This document shows positions 12,995-25,278 of a stretch of 64,000 nucleotides of DNA, piece by piece (position 1 is the stretch's first letter; every line of letters starts with the position of its first letter). Below the pieces are notes generated by a model. It worked only from the letters and a program-made list of their open reading frames with translations, did not search any database and was not told the DNA's origin. This DNA comes from Neoechinorhynchus agilis (lineage: Eukaryota > Animalia > Acanthocephala). Where the stretch lies: NCBI GenBank assembly GCA_051530055.1, contig CM121341.1, forward strand, positions 11,262,784 to 11,326,783, read 5' to 3'. Position numbers and translations under genes: made by a program.

Positions 12995-13510
12995 TTTGTT
13001 TATGGCGTAAAAATTAAAAGAATTTATTGGTTCCAATTGTTTTCGGAGCCACAATTTTATGTTGTTATTTCGGTCGCTTATGAACACCCGAGAGGAGGGA
13101 TCTTATTAAAGACAAATTCATATATTTCGTTGAATCACAGTCATTTTATTAATTCAATTGTTTTATCCGATTCGTCTTTAATGATCCCTTTCGGGTGTCG
13201 ATACCTAAATACCACAATACAATCCTGTGCCCCCATCAAGGTTGTTTGCAAGTGTAATAAAACCTTGATAAAGGCACAAGATTGTATTGTGGTATTTAGG
13301 TCTCGACACCCGAGAGGGATCATTGAATACGAATCGGAAAAAACACTTTAACAATTGATAAAATGACTCTGATTCAACGAAATTTAAAGAATCGTCTTTA
13401 ATAAGATCCATCCTCTCGGGTGTTCATGAGCGACCGAAATAACATCACAACATTGTGGCTCCGAAATATCTCAATTAATAAATTCTTTCAATTTTTACGC
13501 AATAAACAAA
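12995..13510. mobile_element. ~510-bp foldback element with ~245-bp inverted arms
   Basis: The left arm TTTGTTTATGGCGTAAAAATT...GGAGCCACAA...CACCCGAGAGG...CAAGGTT is mirrored by AACCTTG...CCTCTCGGGTG...TTGTGGCTCC...AATTTTTACGCAATAAACAAA. The loop centre is at ~13250. Confidence 0.85.
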
Positions 13511-14487
13511 CGATTCTAACCTTAAAAACACTGATTTAAAAATCAAAACTTTGAAAATAATACATAATAAGTGCGATGCAATCAAATGGCAAAACAAATA
13601 ATCCTTAAAAACCGACTTAAACGCCACAATGCATAATGAATTCATGAAGTGATCAAGAACTATTTGATTTTCTTAACTAAACTTTTTTCGAGATTGACTT
13701 TTATTTGTAGAACATAAAGTACAAAACGTGCAATCACCACCGTCAATAAAAAAATGGAGCTTCTCTCCTTCACTAAATTTTTGTTAAATACACAATCCGA
13801 CACACCAAATTCATATTGGATTTGATGATGTTCAATTTCGAATTCAACATGGACAAAAAATCGAAACCAAATTGAAACCGATCGTTTTCGTGAATGGACA
13901 GAATCTGCTATCAAAAGACTTTATACGTTGTTCACCGTAAACATCACAATGGAGAAATCACAATTCAAGACTTACGAATACTATTGAGTGTACTTCGTGC
14001 GTCTAAGATGTACCCGTCAAAAGGATTAAGACACGAGAACATCGTTCGATATTGGATCATCAAAGGTACGTCGTCGAACGCAAAAAGTGATTTCTTCCCG
14101 GCAAATTCTTTGGCGATGACGCAATAAAACGTTTTTCACGCAACCAAGTCCAAGATGGACCGACAGCTCGGTTATTTGTTCGATGTTTACAAGTGTATTT
14201 GCGAATAAAAGTCATTGGCATCGCACGTAAATGCATCTTGAACATCGTGTCAACAAACAAGGGACAAACGAATACTTATCAGTTGTCGTTATGGCACTGA
14301 TGGTTGTCAACAATTACACTAAAATTCAAAAGTTTCACACACTTTAATCAATATTCTTCTTCAAAAAGGGATGTAAGAGCCGCAATAGATTCTTCCGAAT
14401 TTTCAATTGAACCTTGGATCACGGCGGAAGCGAATTAGTGTGTTTAAAATAAGTGTTTGAACTGTTCATAAAGTGGTTGTTTTATGG

Positions 14488-14616
14488 CGCGCAGAAGAAT
14501 TAAAATGGACTTTTCAAAAATCCGATAAAGTGCGGATTTAACACTTTAATAGTCTTGTGATAAACCGAAAACAATCGGATTTTAAAAATAAAGTCCATTT
14601 TAATTTTTCTGAGTGC
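14488..14616. mobile_element. Degenerate ~130-bp inverted repeat
   Basis: GCAGAAGAATTAAAATGGACTTT...AAAATCCGAT pairs with ATCGGATTTT...AAAGTCCATTTTAATTTTTCTG. Confidence 0.6.
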
Positions 14617-15449
14617 CTTAAAATAAGTGTATGACGCGGAGAGTTAGTTGATGTCTTATTTTCAAAGACAAAGCTGTTGAACACAATGTTCCGGCACTTT
14701 TACATCGGTGTTGATTGGGTGAAACCAGGAATACCTCAATTGTATGAAGTAACGGCTCATTTCGCCCAACGACGCCTCCTCCCTAATGCCCAGAATTAGT
14801 ATTTTACCACTAAATGGCCATTGATGTTACCAGAAGACTTTTTTAAAGGGCCACTTTAAAGAACTTCGAATTTCGAATCACCGATCAATATATCTTAAAC
14901 TGCTTTCGCCGATACTGAATTGACAGAGTAACTGAACGAACATTTGCAAACTGAGGCTTATTCCATCGGAACAAGGAAAAGAAATTGTTCGAAAACAACA
15001 AAACTGGAAAAATCGCGCAATTTGTCAGAAGCGACTTTTGTGTGCGGGAAAATCAGACTTTGTGTTCGATCCCCCCCCCCGATTTCTAAAGAGAAATTCA
15101 GGTGCGGTCAGAATTTCGATGTTACCTATACGAAACGTGATCATATTATGAAATTTAAGCGATTTTGGCCGCATAATTTCGACAAGGGTCAACATTTCTC
15201 AGAGATAGTTTGACAACATTAAAGAACATGGTAAACAACTTCCACAGAACTTCGTTGAATTGACAAAGTTCAAGTAAATAAGTCGAATATGGAATTTCGT
15301 TTGATTAATAGCTCAAAAACAACCACTGAATTTTTTATTGCACTCGGCAGGTGATTTAGCCTAACTAATTTGCAAGATTCGGATAATTCAGTAGTCATGT
15401 GTAAACAAAAACGCGTTCCTTTCCATTTTGATAAACTAAATAAAATCAA

Positions 15450-15705
15450 ACTTTCTTTTTGCAGTTTTGCCACCCCATGAGGATTTAAGTTCACTAATTT
15501 ATTTACCCCATATTTCACCTCTCGGATAACTCTGAGATTTTCCCAAGGTTTGTCATTGCTTGCAAGTTTTGAACTTACATATTTCAAAACATACAAGCAA
15601 CGACAAACCTTGATAATGTCGGAATTATCCGATAAGTGAAATATCGGGGAAATAAATTAGTGAACTTAAATCCTCATGGGGTGGCAAAACTAAGAAAAAG
15701 AAAGT
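15450..15705. mobile_element. ~255-bp foldback MITE-like palindrome
   Basis: ACTTTCTTTTT...TTTTGCCACCCCATGAGGATTTAAGTTCACTAATTTATTT is mirrored by AAATAAATTAGTGAACTTAAATCCTCATGGGGTGGCAAAA...AAAAAGAAAGT. Confidence 0.85.
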
Positions 15706-16288
15706 ATCTTTTCCCCCGAAGATAATAATCCAAGACATAAATAAAATTCGTTTTTCTTTATGATCGAGATAATTAAGATCTAAATGAAAGTATCAAGGCA
15801 AAAGTTTGAAAATTGTGTCTTATTTTTTTTCAAAGGCATCATTTCTCTGTTAGAGCGAATATGAACATTTATTTGGAAGACTAATAATGGAGGGATGAAG
15901 GAATAATACAAGAAAGTTTATAGTGAAAGCACTCGCTACAAAAAAATTAACAGAAAGTGGATATTTCGAAGATTTTTCATAACGAGGATTTCGTGCTGAT
16001 TAAAAAGGAATGATAAGACACAAGCCCAATAAGCGGGAACTATGCAAAACGTTAGTAGATTACTAAGAGATGGAATATCGCGGATCCAAGTAAGCATGAT
16101 GGAATGCGAACTTGTAGAACAAAATTCATCACGAGGGCCCAGAGGTACATGGCTCCTCTTCTTAACAAAACGTGTTTATCTATCAAAATACGGATAATAG
16201 ATATTATGCAAGAAAAGCCAACAAACGAATTGGATTTGCGATTGACGATACCACCGGGCTTAATGCACATCCCTTGAAATCACCTTTA

Positions 16289-16815
16289 GTGATATAGAGA
16301 TTGATTTATTAGTTAACTTTGTGACATTATTTCGTCCGTATCAGTGGACTGGATCCTAATCTACCTTTTACAACCTAATGAAGTCCTACGAAACTGATGA
16401 AATATTGTCAAAAAAGGGAATAATCAATCTCTATATCACACCAAACAAAATACATCCATAAACAAATTCTTTACAGCAACTAAACAGATCCTTGGTTTAT
16501 CTCTTTATTAAAAAATCAAAATTATGGACTGACGATTTCCAGTGCGGATTAAACACTTTTACAACCTGAAGAAGTACTACGAAACGGACGAAATAATGTT
16601 ACAAAAGGAATTAATAAATCTCTAAATCAGACGAAACAAAATACATCCATGAACAAATTCTTTACAACAAAAAACAGATACTTGGTTTATCTGTTTATTA
16701 AAAAATCCAAATTCTGGACTGAGATTTCCAGTGCGAATTAAACACTTTTACAACCTGAAGAAGTCCTACAAAAGAAACTAATAAAATCTCTAAATCAGAC
16801 GAAATAAAACACATT
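16289..16815 (+). repeat. ~190-bp tandem repeat family (about 2.5 units) with an inverted left end
   Basis: The unit ACAACCTGAAGAAGT.CTACGAAACGGACGAAAT...CAGTGCG.ATTAAACACTTTT recurs. GTGATATAGAGATTGATT (16289) pairs with AATCAATCTCTATATCAC (16440). The same family occurs at 48655-49120. Confidence 0.8.
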
Positions 16816-17499
16816 CATGAAGATGAAGAACTTTAAATCTCCTTCTGGACTCCTTAGATGGAATCGAGGAAGAACTTTTCTGAATGAAGACTGACTTAAA
16901 AATGAAGTAGACACTGATTTAGGTTCAATCGTTCGTTAGAAGGCTTTTGTACCCAGAAAAGGATGTTTAAAAAGCTCCAACGAACTTTCTCTACTTATTC
17001 TACAACTCATAAATTCGTGCATGTGTGTATGCAAAAGGGAATGGGAAAGGAATGACGTGTAGCATAAAGACTCTGAATGTACATTGCGACGACGGCGCAA
17101 AGGATAATCGAGAGAATTTACGGATGAAAGCGAGGATTGAAAATGTATTTTGAGAAGAGATCCGATTGAATTTGTACGTCAGTGTGTGTTTTCGACAAAT
17201 AGTGCTCAGGTGTTGTTGTTTTTTCGGATCAATATTTACCACTAAACAGTTCAATCGTTCACAAATAAGAATCTTACTGTACACAATGATAAAAATATAT
17301 TAAAGCTGCTGAGGACCTTCCAATTATCCCTGGATTTCATCCCTCTCTTTTCGACTGGAGCGAGGTGGAAAAATGGATCGATTAATGTAATTGGCAGACT
17401 AAAATAGATCCTCTATAAACACGATCGTTGTTTTTAACTATGGTTGTTGAAGTGAAGAAGTGGTTTGAGATTAGGTTTTAAGCGTTCGCTGCTGAATTT

Positions 17500-17710
17500 G
17501 AGCACTTAGAGCACCGATCTGGGTAAGGGAAGCGATGGTCTGCACAAAATGCCCATGACCGTACTTCCCCGCCCGGATCCTCAGATACCTCCCGAGGAAG
17601 TGGGACTAATCAGTGAGTTTCCTGCGAATCTCAGCGGTAACGGATTTTGAACCCCCTTTGACCCTGAAACAATGATTAGGAGCTCTAGTCCACTGGAGCA
17701 CCTCGACACA
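17500..17710 (-). mobile_element. tRNA-derived SINE-like element
   Basis: The minus strand reads GGTGCTCCAGTGG (A-box-like) ~30 nt before GGTTCAAAATCC (B-box-like), followed by a GC-richer body. There is no complete cloverleaf or normal anticodon arm. Confidence 0.45.
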
Positions 17711-17810
17711 ACTATGGAATGTACAAACTTCGTCAACGTCCGTTTATGTACATGCTCATTTTTGAAGTCTTGCCAGCCGATAACTTTTTTTATTAAGTAT
17801 CTATGTGCGA

Positions 17811-17930
17811 AATTATTGTTTAGAAGTCTTCACCCGCGGTAAATGATTATTTCGATTAAAAAGACCTTCTGCGAACTTCACCGGCGGTTCATCGTGAGTT
17901 TGTTACCGGTTAATGACTTCTAAATAACAA
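17811..17930. mobile_element. Internally deleted copy of MITE family A
   Basis: AATTATTGTTTAGAAGTCTTCACCCGCGGTAAATGATTATTTCGATTAAAA matches the 5074 element. The right end is GACTTCTAAATAACAA. Confidence 0.75.
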
Positions 17931-18697
17931 TTTCAATCATTTACTGTGGTACGTCCTCACATATCGACATCTATGTGTGGCGTCACGGCTGATAATTTTC
18001 CTTTTAAGCACAAAGCCCGTCATTCTGGTTCAGTTAAGCGCATTCTTTTATGTTCAATCGCTCCACTTTTAGAATCAAATTTAAACTTCCTTCTGCGATT
18101 AATAGTTTCGTTGTTTTGCGCGTTTCCATTCTTATTCGTCTAGTTACAAACTTGGAAATATTAACATGCACATCAAAGCTTTTATGAGCCTTTTCTCGCT
18201 CCAACTTTAGATGATCGAAAATCTCCTCGTGATTATTTGTGTTTGTTCGTTCGATAAAATATTTTTTAAGATCCAAGAAAGCTGTGACTCTACTTTCGAT
18301 ATCCTTTTGCTGTAAATTTATTTCAGAATGTCTTTTAAATTTTGAGCTTACGGATATGATTTTATTAGTATACTGGAAAAACCTATAAATTGTTCCTAAA
18401 AATTCGAATCTATGGTAAACTGTTAGTTACATTGCTAATCGTAACTAGCGTTCGTTTGTGGAAGCTTTTGTCTATGTTTTGATTAACCTTTCCTTATTGA
18501 ATCCCATCAAAAAGGAAATTTATAGAATGGGAAATTATTTGCTTAAACAAGTCGATTGCACAATTTTCTTCGTGATTCGTGTTAGTTAAGGAGAAGAATT
18601 TCTTTGCGACTAGACGCAATTTGACCTTGCCGTTTATTTCCAAGGTGAAATATATTATATCATACTCTGTTATTTTCAGTTCATTAAATAAAAAGAT

Positions 18698-19712
18698 ATG
18701 TTGACCTTATTTGACTATCTTGTGTTCGCTCTTTCATGTGAATCCGTTATTGTAGGAGTATTTACGATTTCTTCGAACCAAGAATTGAACAAAATATCTT
18801 TTAATTCTTGGTTGAGGAATAATTGGCGTGCTCTTCGCAAATTAATTGGAATCGGACGCGGTGATCGCGATTTTGAATGTGGAATAAGTGATGTATTGCT
18901 AGAAGCTAACCTAATGAAAAATTCGAGAATCTACAAAGGCATGTCTTCAATATCATTGATTGTTCTGTGGTGTTATCGACAATCACTGGTGTAAATGGCA
19001 TTCGTGGCCTTGGATTGTGAGTATTGTTAATCGGCGTAATAGAAACGGTCCCAGAACTTGTGCAGGAAGCTTGATTGCTCCCAATACCGTTATCACCGCA
19101 GCGCATTGTGTTAGTGAACACACTGATGGATCCAGTACGATTCCAACTAAACCTCAATTTTTAATTGTTATTGCAGGGGCGCATACAATTATTGGAAAGA
19201 TGAATACAATGAATCACTATTCAGTTAGCAAAGTGTATACATATTGGGGATATTCACATTGCTGCTCGCGTGATATTGCTTTAATTAAATTAAGAGAGAA
19301 TCTTTTAAGATCAAAAAAGATCAACACCATTTGCTTGCCTGATTCGAATTTGCGATTTTTGGAAAACAAGAATGCAGTTATAGCGGGCTGGGGTATTAGC
19401 ACCGAAACTCGGAAATGGTACAGTAGCAACAGCGTTACATTGCACCATGGTTATGTACTAATATTGGATGAAAGGACTTGCAGTAACAGTTATTCCTATT
19501 ATGATCCCCATGACGAATTATGCGCTTTAAATCCACTGACTAAAACGGATACGAGACCCGGCGATAGCGGTGGACCGCTTATGATCTTGGAGAATGATAG
19601 GTGGATTCTAGTTGGTGTCGCTAGTCATGGAAATCCGTACAATTCATCCTTTCCCGGGTTTTATTCGAAAATCAACGGCAAATTGGATTTCATTGAGAAG
19701 TACATTAATTAG
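18698..19712 (+). CDS. Trypsin-family (S1A) serine protease zymogen
   Basis: Signal-like N-terminus, ECG...SR|IYKG activation site, HSWPW, TAAHC, DIALIKL and GDSGGP. The two ORFs are in different frames and join by removal of 18950-18992. Confidence 0.9.
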
Positions 19713-20329
19713 AACACGACAATCAAAGAACAGAATCGTGCATGCAAATGGATTATCTCATAGAAAGCATAAAGTCAAACATCAAACCTTCAGTTTATAT
19801 TTAAACGTTATTAAGACTAAAGATTAGTTTATCGGCTTCTTATTTTTCTTAAATAATGGATTTTTTCTATGGTAGGTGTCTTAAACATTTTTCTCAGTTG
19901 ATAAATGGAAAACCTAGACAGTGCCGATATCCTTGTCTCTATTTGTTTAAATTCCCAATTTCCCTTTGTTGACTACCTCGGGATCGTCACTTTTCGCACC
20001 GGTTTCTCAGTAAAATTAATGGCTACTTTTAGTTCATTATAATATTATTTGTAATTTTCGCAGCCGTATGAATTAATAAACTCAAAACGACACGATCATT
20101 CTAGTATCGTGAGATTTTTCCAACCTTGTGGAAAAAGTTGGCAATATCAAATTGGCCACTATACCCCAGAAAGTACCTCCATGTTAATGTCAAATTATAA
20201 ATGATCAATTGAGTAATTTGCAGTTGTGTTTTTATTGTACCAACAACAAAAACTTTTTTCATACTTTTTCCATTCTCGGGGTCGCACAAAAACTTGCAAT
20301 CCTAAGACTTCACACACCCCTATGCCCCG

Positions 20330-20985
20330 TTTTTAAACGTCGGTCCTCAGCCACAGAATCTTTCCATCGTTTTCTCAGCCTTCCACGTTCCCTTCGATTT
20401 TCATTTCCTCAACTTTTCGAATAAATCGATTCGGCTCTTCACCTTTCACCATATCGCTCCATTTGATACCCCGTTTCGCGATAACTTCCTTCACGTCCTC
20501 CACTTTGGTTGAGCCCCGGGCAGCATTATTTGGGATAATGTCTTGCCTGGTCACCCCACACATCGATGTGATTCGCATAGGTGTTCCATGTCTCCGCCCC
20601 ATATAACATGGCTGGTTTGATAGCCATCAACACCATGGACACTTTGCTATCACACAAGATCCCAGTTAGGCTTTTCCACTTCATCCATCCGCTATTTATT
20701 CTCGATGAAATCTCATCGGTGATATCGTTTTGCATTGACACTGTAGAGAGCCGCGGTACTTGAATTTGTCGAATTTCTGCAGCTGTCTCGTGAAGGGGAA
20801 TGCTTTCAGTGCCCACGTAGACTGATTTCTCCCTGGAAATTTTTAGATCTCCAGAACTTTCCTCCATTTCTCTAGGTCATTGTTGAGATCCTGGAGTCGG
20901 CGAAAAGCATGTTCCATGGCGCATCTTTATTTCATCCATAATGACCACAAACAAATATGGGCTCAAAGCTGAACTCATACGTTCA
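20330..20985 (-). mobile_element. Decayed RTE-clade non-LTR retrotransposon (RT core and C-terminus)
   Basis: Frameshifted fragments SALSPYLFVVIMDEI, PWNMLFAD, EISSRINSGWMKWKSLTGILCD, KPAMLYGAETW and MCGVTRQD match RTE-type RT motifs. Confidence 0.75.
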
Positions 20986-23900
20986 CCTAGAAGCTACCCG
21001 TATTACTAACTGGCGTCCTTATATTCGCTTTGCTCTGCCTCTACATGTTTTTATTGTACCAACATAGATTTAAATTTAAACACCTTCAAAGTATATATTT
21101 CTACTCCCACTTGAATCTGGAATAACGCAAATACTTTATAGCAAACTTATTTGAATAATATTGACATATATATTCGCTCAGTTAGTGACCAATGCTGAAC
21201 TTGATCGATTAAACTTAGCAGAATAAATGGGTGCGAACATTACAGTATTGTCAGTGATTTTAATTCGAATAATATTCATAGGTAGATGTAAAATATGTTT
21301 AGTATTTGAAAAAACAATGATTGATCGTAAATTACTGAGAAATAACGCGTTGATTTTACTTAATTGACATTCAGTTTGAACTAAATATAGACTACTTAAG
21401 TATCCAAAAATAGAATAACCAATTTCGATGATAAACAACTTTCACAATATCTCAGTGTATACCTACATTTTAAGGTCGCTACGGGTAAAATGCAAAGATC
21501 TCTACATCAGCCTTAATGAAATCATAATTTATAATTAGATTACAAAATGCCCGTTTAAATAATAGCCAGGAAATCTAAAGAAAATATTTAAATTTCTTTG
21601 AATTGCAAGCATTTGTAATCAATTCCTATAAGTTCGTCGAACAATTAAATTCATTAAAACAGAAGACAGCATTCAGAAATTGGTATTTTGCAACTTTTCG
21701 GTGATAAAGATGCTTTAACGAAAAAAAGAATGAACCTTAGTTCACTCTCATAACTTCATGACAACCAGCTTTGCAAATTTAACAATTTTGGCCACTTCTC
21801 ACTCCCTATAATTATCACCTTTCATGAATGCTAAGATTTTTTGTTCTCATAGCGAGACCTCGTGCATATTAACTACTATCTTTTATTGGAACAATCTTAG
21901 GTACAGCACCACAAAAAACTTACACCTTTTATCTTTCTAACGGAAGAGGGCAAACAACTTCCTGAGAACATGTGTAGTATTGCTCCTTTTTCTTGAAGTC
22001 CTTTTCACTTTTGACATTTAAATGGCGAAATAACAGCAATTTAAAAAGCATAAATGGTTTTACCAAGACAAAGTTAAGTAGTCTCAAGTAAGTTCTCTTA
22101 ATCATGCCGGGTTCAAATGTGGTTTAAACAAAAATTACTTTCCACGAGAAGGAATGTTGACTATTTTGTGTGTGAAAGTTTTAAACATCGTCTTTTATAA
22201 GATTCCGTCCCTTCTACCATGCGGATACAATAACGTGCGGGATCGAAAATCCTGGTAATTTTTGCAGTGTTGCATTATTCCTCAGGGAAATCAAAGTGTC
22301 CATTTTGTCACTTTAAAGCGAAATTCAATTAGAATTGCGACTTAAACAAGTTTTCATCCATTCATTCATAGAGCAGTTCGAATCTAGTAATCAGTATACC
22401 TTTTCGCCGAGACCAATAGTCTACACTCGTTTGAGGCATTAAGGTCAGTTAAGAAGGGGTACCTCAATACTGAAGGTTTCATCATTAAGATAGCTGGAAA
22501 TTCCTTGCAATATCACGTTCCATGTCAACCTTAGGACATCTTATCTAAAGTTATTGTTGAAGAGCGAGCTCTCTCATCATTTGCTTTATTTGCTCACAGA
22601 AATCTTCTCCTTACATAGCTTATTCTTCAATAAGTTCGAGACAATGAGGTGTGGATTTGCATAACAGACTAACAGTTAACTAACAGCAACTACATAAACC
22701 GGTGAATTTCATCAGTAGAATTTCCGGCTGGCAATCTTTCTGACAGTATAGTTAAGGCACTTGGGTACTTGATTAATTTTAACGATTATATCAAATTAAA
22801 TTGGATACCACAGGAATTGCATCAGTATAAGCAGAGAGGACTTATTGTTGCTTGTTCCGCCGATTGATTTTAATAAGGAAATTTTAGATCGAAAGGAAAT
22901 ATATCCAAAAATAGTAGACATTCTTAGATCAGGGAACAAGTACACAGAGCATTGCAATCAAATTGAAGATTAAACATTCCTACCATATTGAAATATAGAA
23001 AAGAGCCTGAGCTTTTGACCATCGGTTCGATTTTGACTTAAAAGTAAATCTCAAAGGGAAATTTTTTAATACAGTGAAATACTTATTTTTCAGCGACCAT
23101 TGTTGGTTCGGATTGTTGAGGATTTTTCGGACCAAAGGCGATTTCAGTGATTTCAATGAATAAAACTTATCACGACATTGAATCCTAAGGTTGGGTAACG
23201 CGGAAGCTTGTATGCAAGCAAATTGCTTCTAGCTCCACTGCTCTCGTTCATTTTCCATTTAAGTAAAAACTGATTGACCAAATATCTACTCGCCGTTAAA
23301 GTCTTCAGCATCGAAATCCAGGATATTTCATCCATTTATACGTAACATGTTGCTTTTATTTTTAAATTTTAACAAGCTGTGTAAATGAAAAGCCTTTGAG
23401 ATCGACATCGAATGGATAACAATAAGTAATTCGAGCGCCAATTTCGTTTCTGTGACTGAATGATCTCCTACGTCGCCACCACGTAGGAGATCCTCACCCT
23501 TCTCGTATGTCTTGGACGTCTTTAAAATCGTCTCGACAAACTCACCTCTTTTAGAGCATTCGCCACGAAGAACAATATTTTAAACAATGTAAGCAAGCTT
23601 CTTATAGTTGAGAGTTTTAGACCACGAAAACCGAAATGAAACTTTTTAGTTTGTTATCCACTGTAGCAAGAACATAATTATACAGTCTGAAGAAGACGGG
23701 ATATGAAATATATTTCCGTTATGACCCTTAGATGTGTCAGTCGGCCCTAAAATGTCAAATGATTCTACGGATGTTTTGAGAATTACCCTCTTCTCAACAA
23801 AATCATCTAGTTTTTTTGCGAAAACTGCTTGTGTAACTTTGAAATTTGGACAAACTCTCAATAATGCTTAAATTATTAAAAATAGATTTAGAGTCGAGTC

Positions 23901-25278
23901 AGCTTCGACCTTCTTATCTCCTTTTATTAGATGAGAAACACTGTAGTATGAAGAAACCTTTTAGTGCTTCAACTATAGTGACTGTTTTTTAAACTCATTG
24001 GGTGCCAGTAGGTATTTTGCGACATAAATATTCCAAATACAATAGGGACTTTTCACTTGAATATTCAACATATTTTTCCTCCAAACCACGACTAGTTTTC
24101 GGGTCAGATCTGGAACTTTATAATAGAACAAATCCACATCTTGAGGCATAGCTTTTCGGGCGTAAAATACCCGCATCTCCTCTATGTCTCTTGCTTCCAT
24201 AAACTCGATTCTCCAAACATCACGTTCTAAAAGTGCTGGAAGCGAAATCTAAAAGACTGCACTTCAAAGCTTGTTTCTCTTCATCCAATAAATGTTTCTC
24301 ATCTAATTTCCCCTTGCTCTTGTCTTCAATCTAGAATGTCACCAATGAAAAGTTGAAGGAGCCATTGCACAAAAATAACAGGAGAATTTGCGATTAATCT
24401 TTTTTCGTTCCCCGAGCAAATCTAAAGAGGACGATTTATGTTTGTCTTAATCCATTGCCCCATTGTTCCCAGGCCGTTAATGGTATCCATTAATTATAGT
24501 TTTTGTTTGAAAACATTTGTAAATCACCCTGTCCGCCGATGGAGTTGACCACCACACGTGCACTGTCCCAAGAGACGATTATCTAACCGTAAATCCATCA
24601 AGGATTCACTGTCCAGTAGACACCACTCATCTCGTATTTCGCTTGTTTTCACAGACCAAACCGATTCGCGTTCCTTTCACCACCAACAAAAGGAGTCTAG
24701 GGTGCAATTGAGAGCTACGGCATAGGACGGCCATTTCGGAACAGTTTGGACTCCTCAGGGATTGGATTGTGGCTTTTTACGGCGACTGCCGGCACCTCAT
24801 GTCACATGTTCGGCCTACTGCACTATCGACTGACGACAATGGTTATTACTGCAGTCGCGGCACCAGCAGGGAACGTACAGACAACCGCATGCTGCCATTC
24901 TGACGAAGTCTCTCTCCAATGTACGGACTTTCAATAGTGGTGGTGCTGGTGGTGGATCAGCGAAACTTGGAACGCTTAACGCAAAGAATCTACCTGTCCT
25001 TTTTTGCTAGACTGATCAGATAGGTTGCGAGAGGGAGCAGATTGCTACGCTTGAGATTCATGACACACTTGTTTCCCTACGCATCCCTGATTGCTAATGG
25101 AGACTTTCTAATCGTAAGAGCAGAACAAAAAGGCATAATCGCCCTTTTCCACTAAACTAGATATGCGAACTGCTTCTCATATAACGATAAACAGCCCCAA
25201 AAACACCAGCCTTATTTCGTTGCGCTGAAACGATCCACAAGTACCGCTTGAACGCTTTAAATAACTCCTTTTCAGATT

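Noticed and set aside
13894-14127. Kinase-like LRHENIVRY motif
   Set aside because: No VAIK, HRD or DFG motifs in the neighbouring frames; a single short match.
17625-17705. Functional tRNA gene
   Set aside because: A- and B-box-like motifs are present, but there is no acceptor stem or anticodon arm. It is treated as a SINE head.
21900-24250. Hidden gene or transposase in the AT-rich stretch
   Set aside because: Only short stop-riddled frames with no recognisable motif or consistent splice model.
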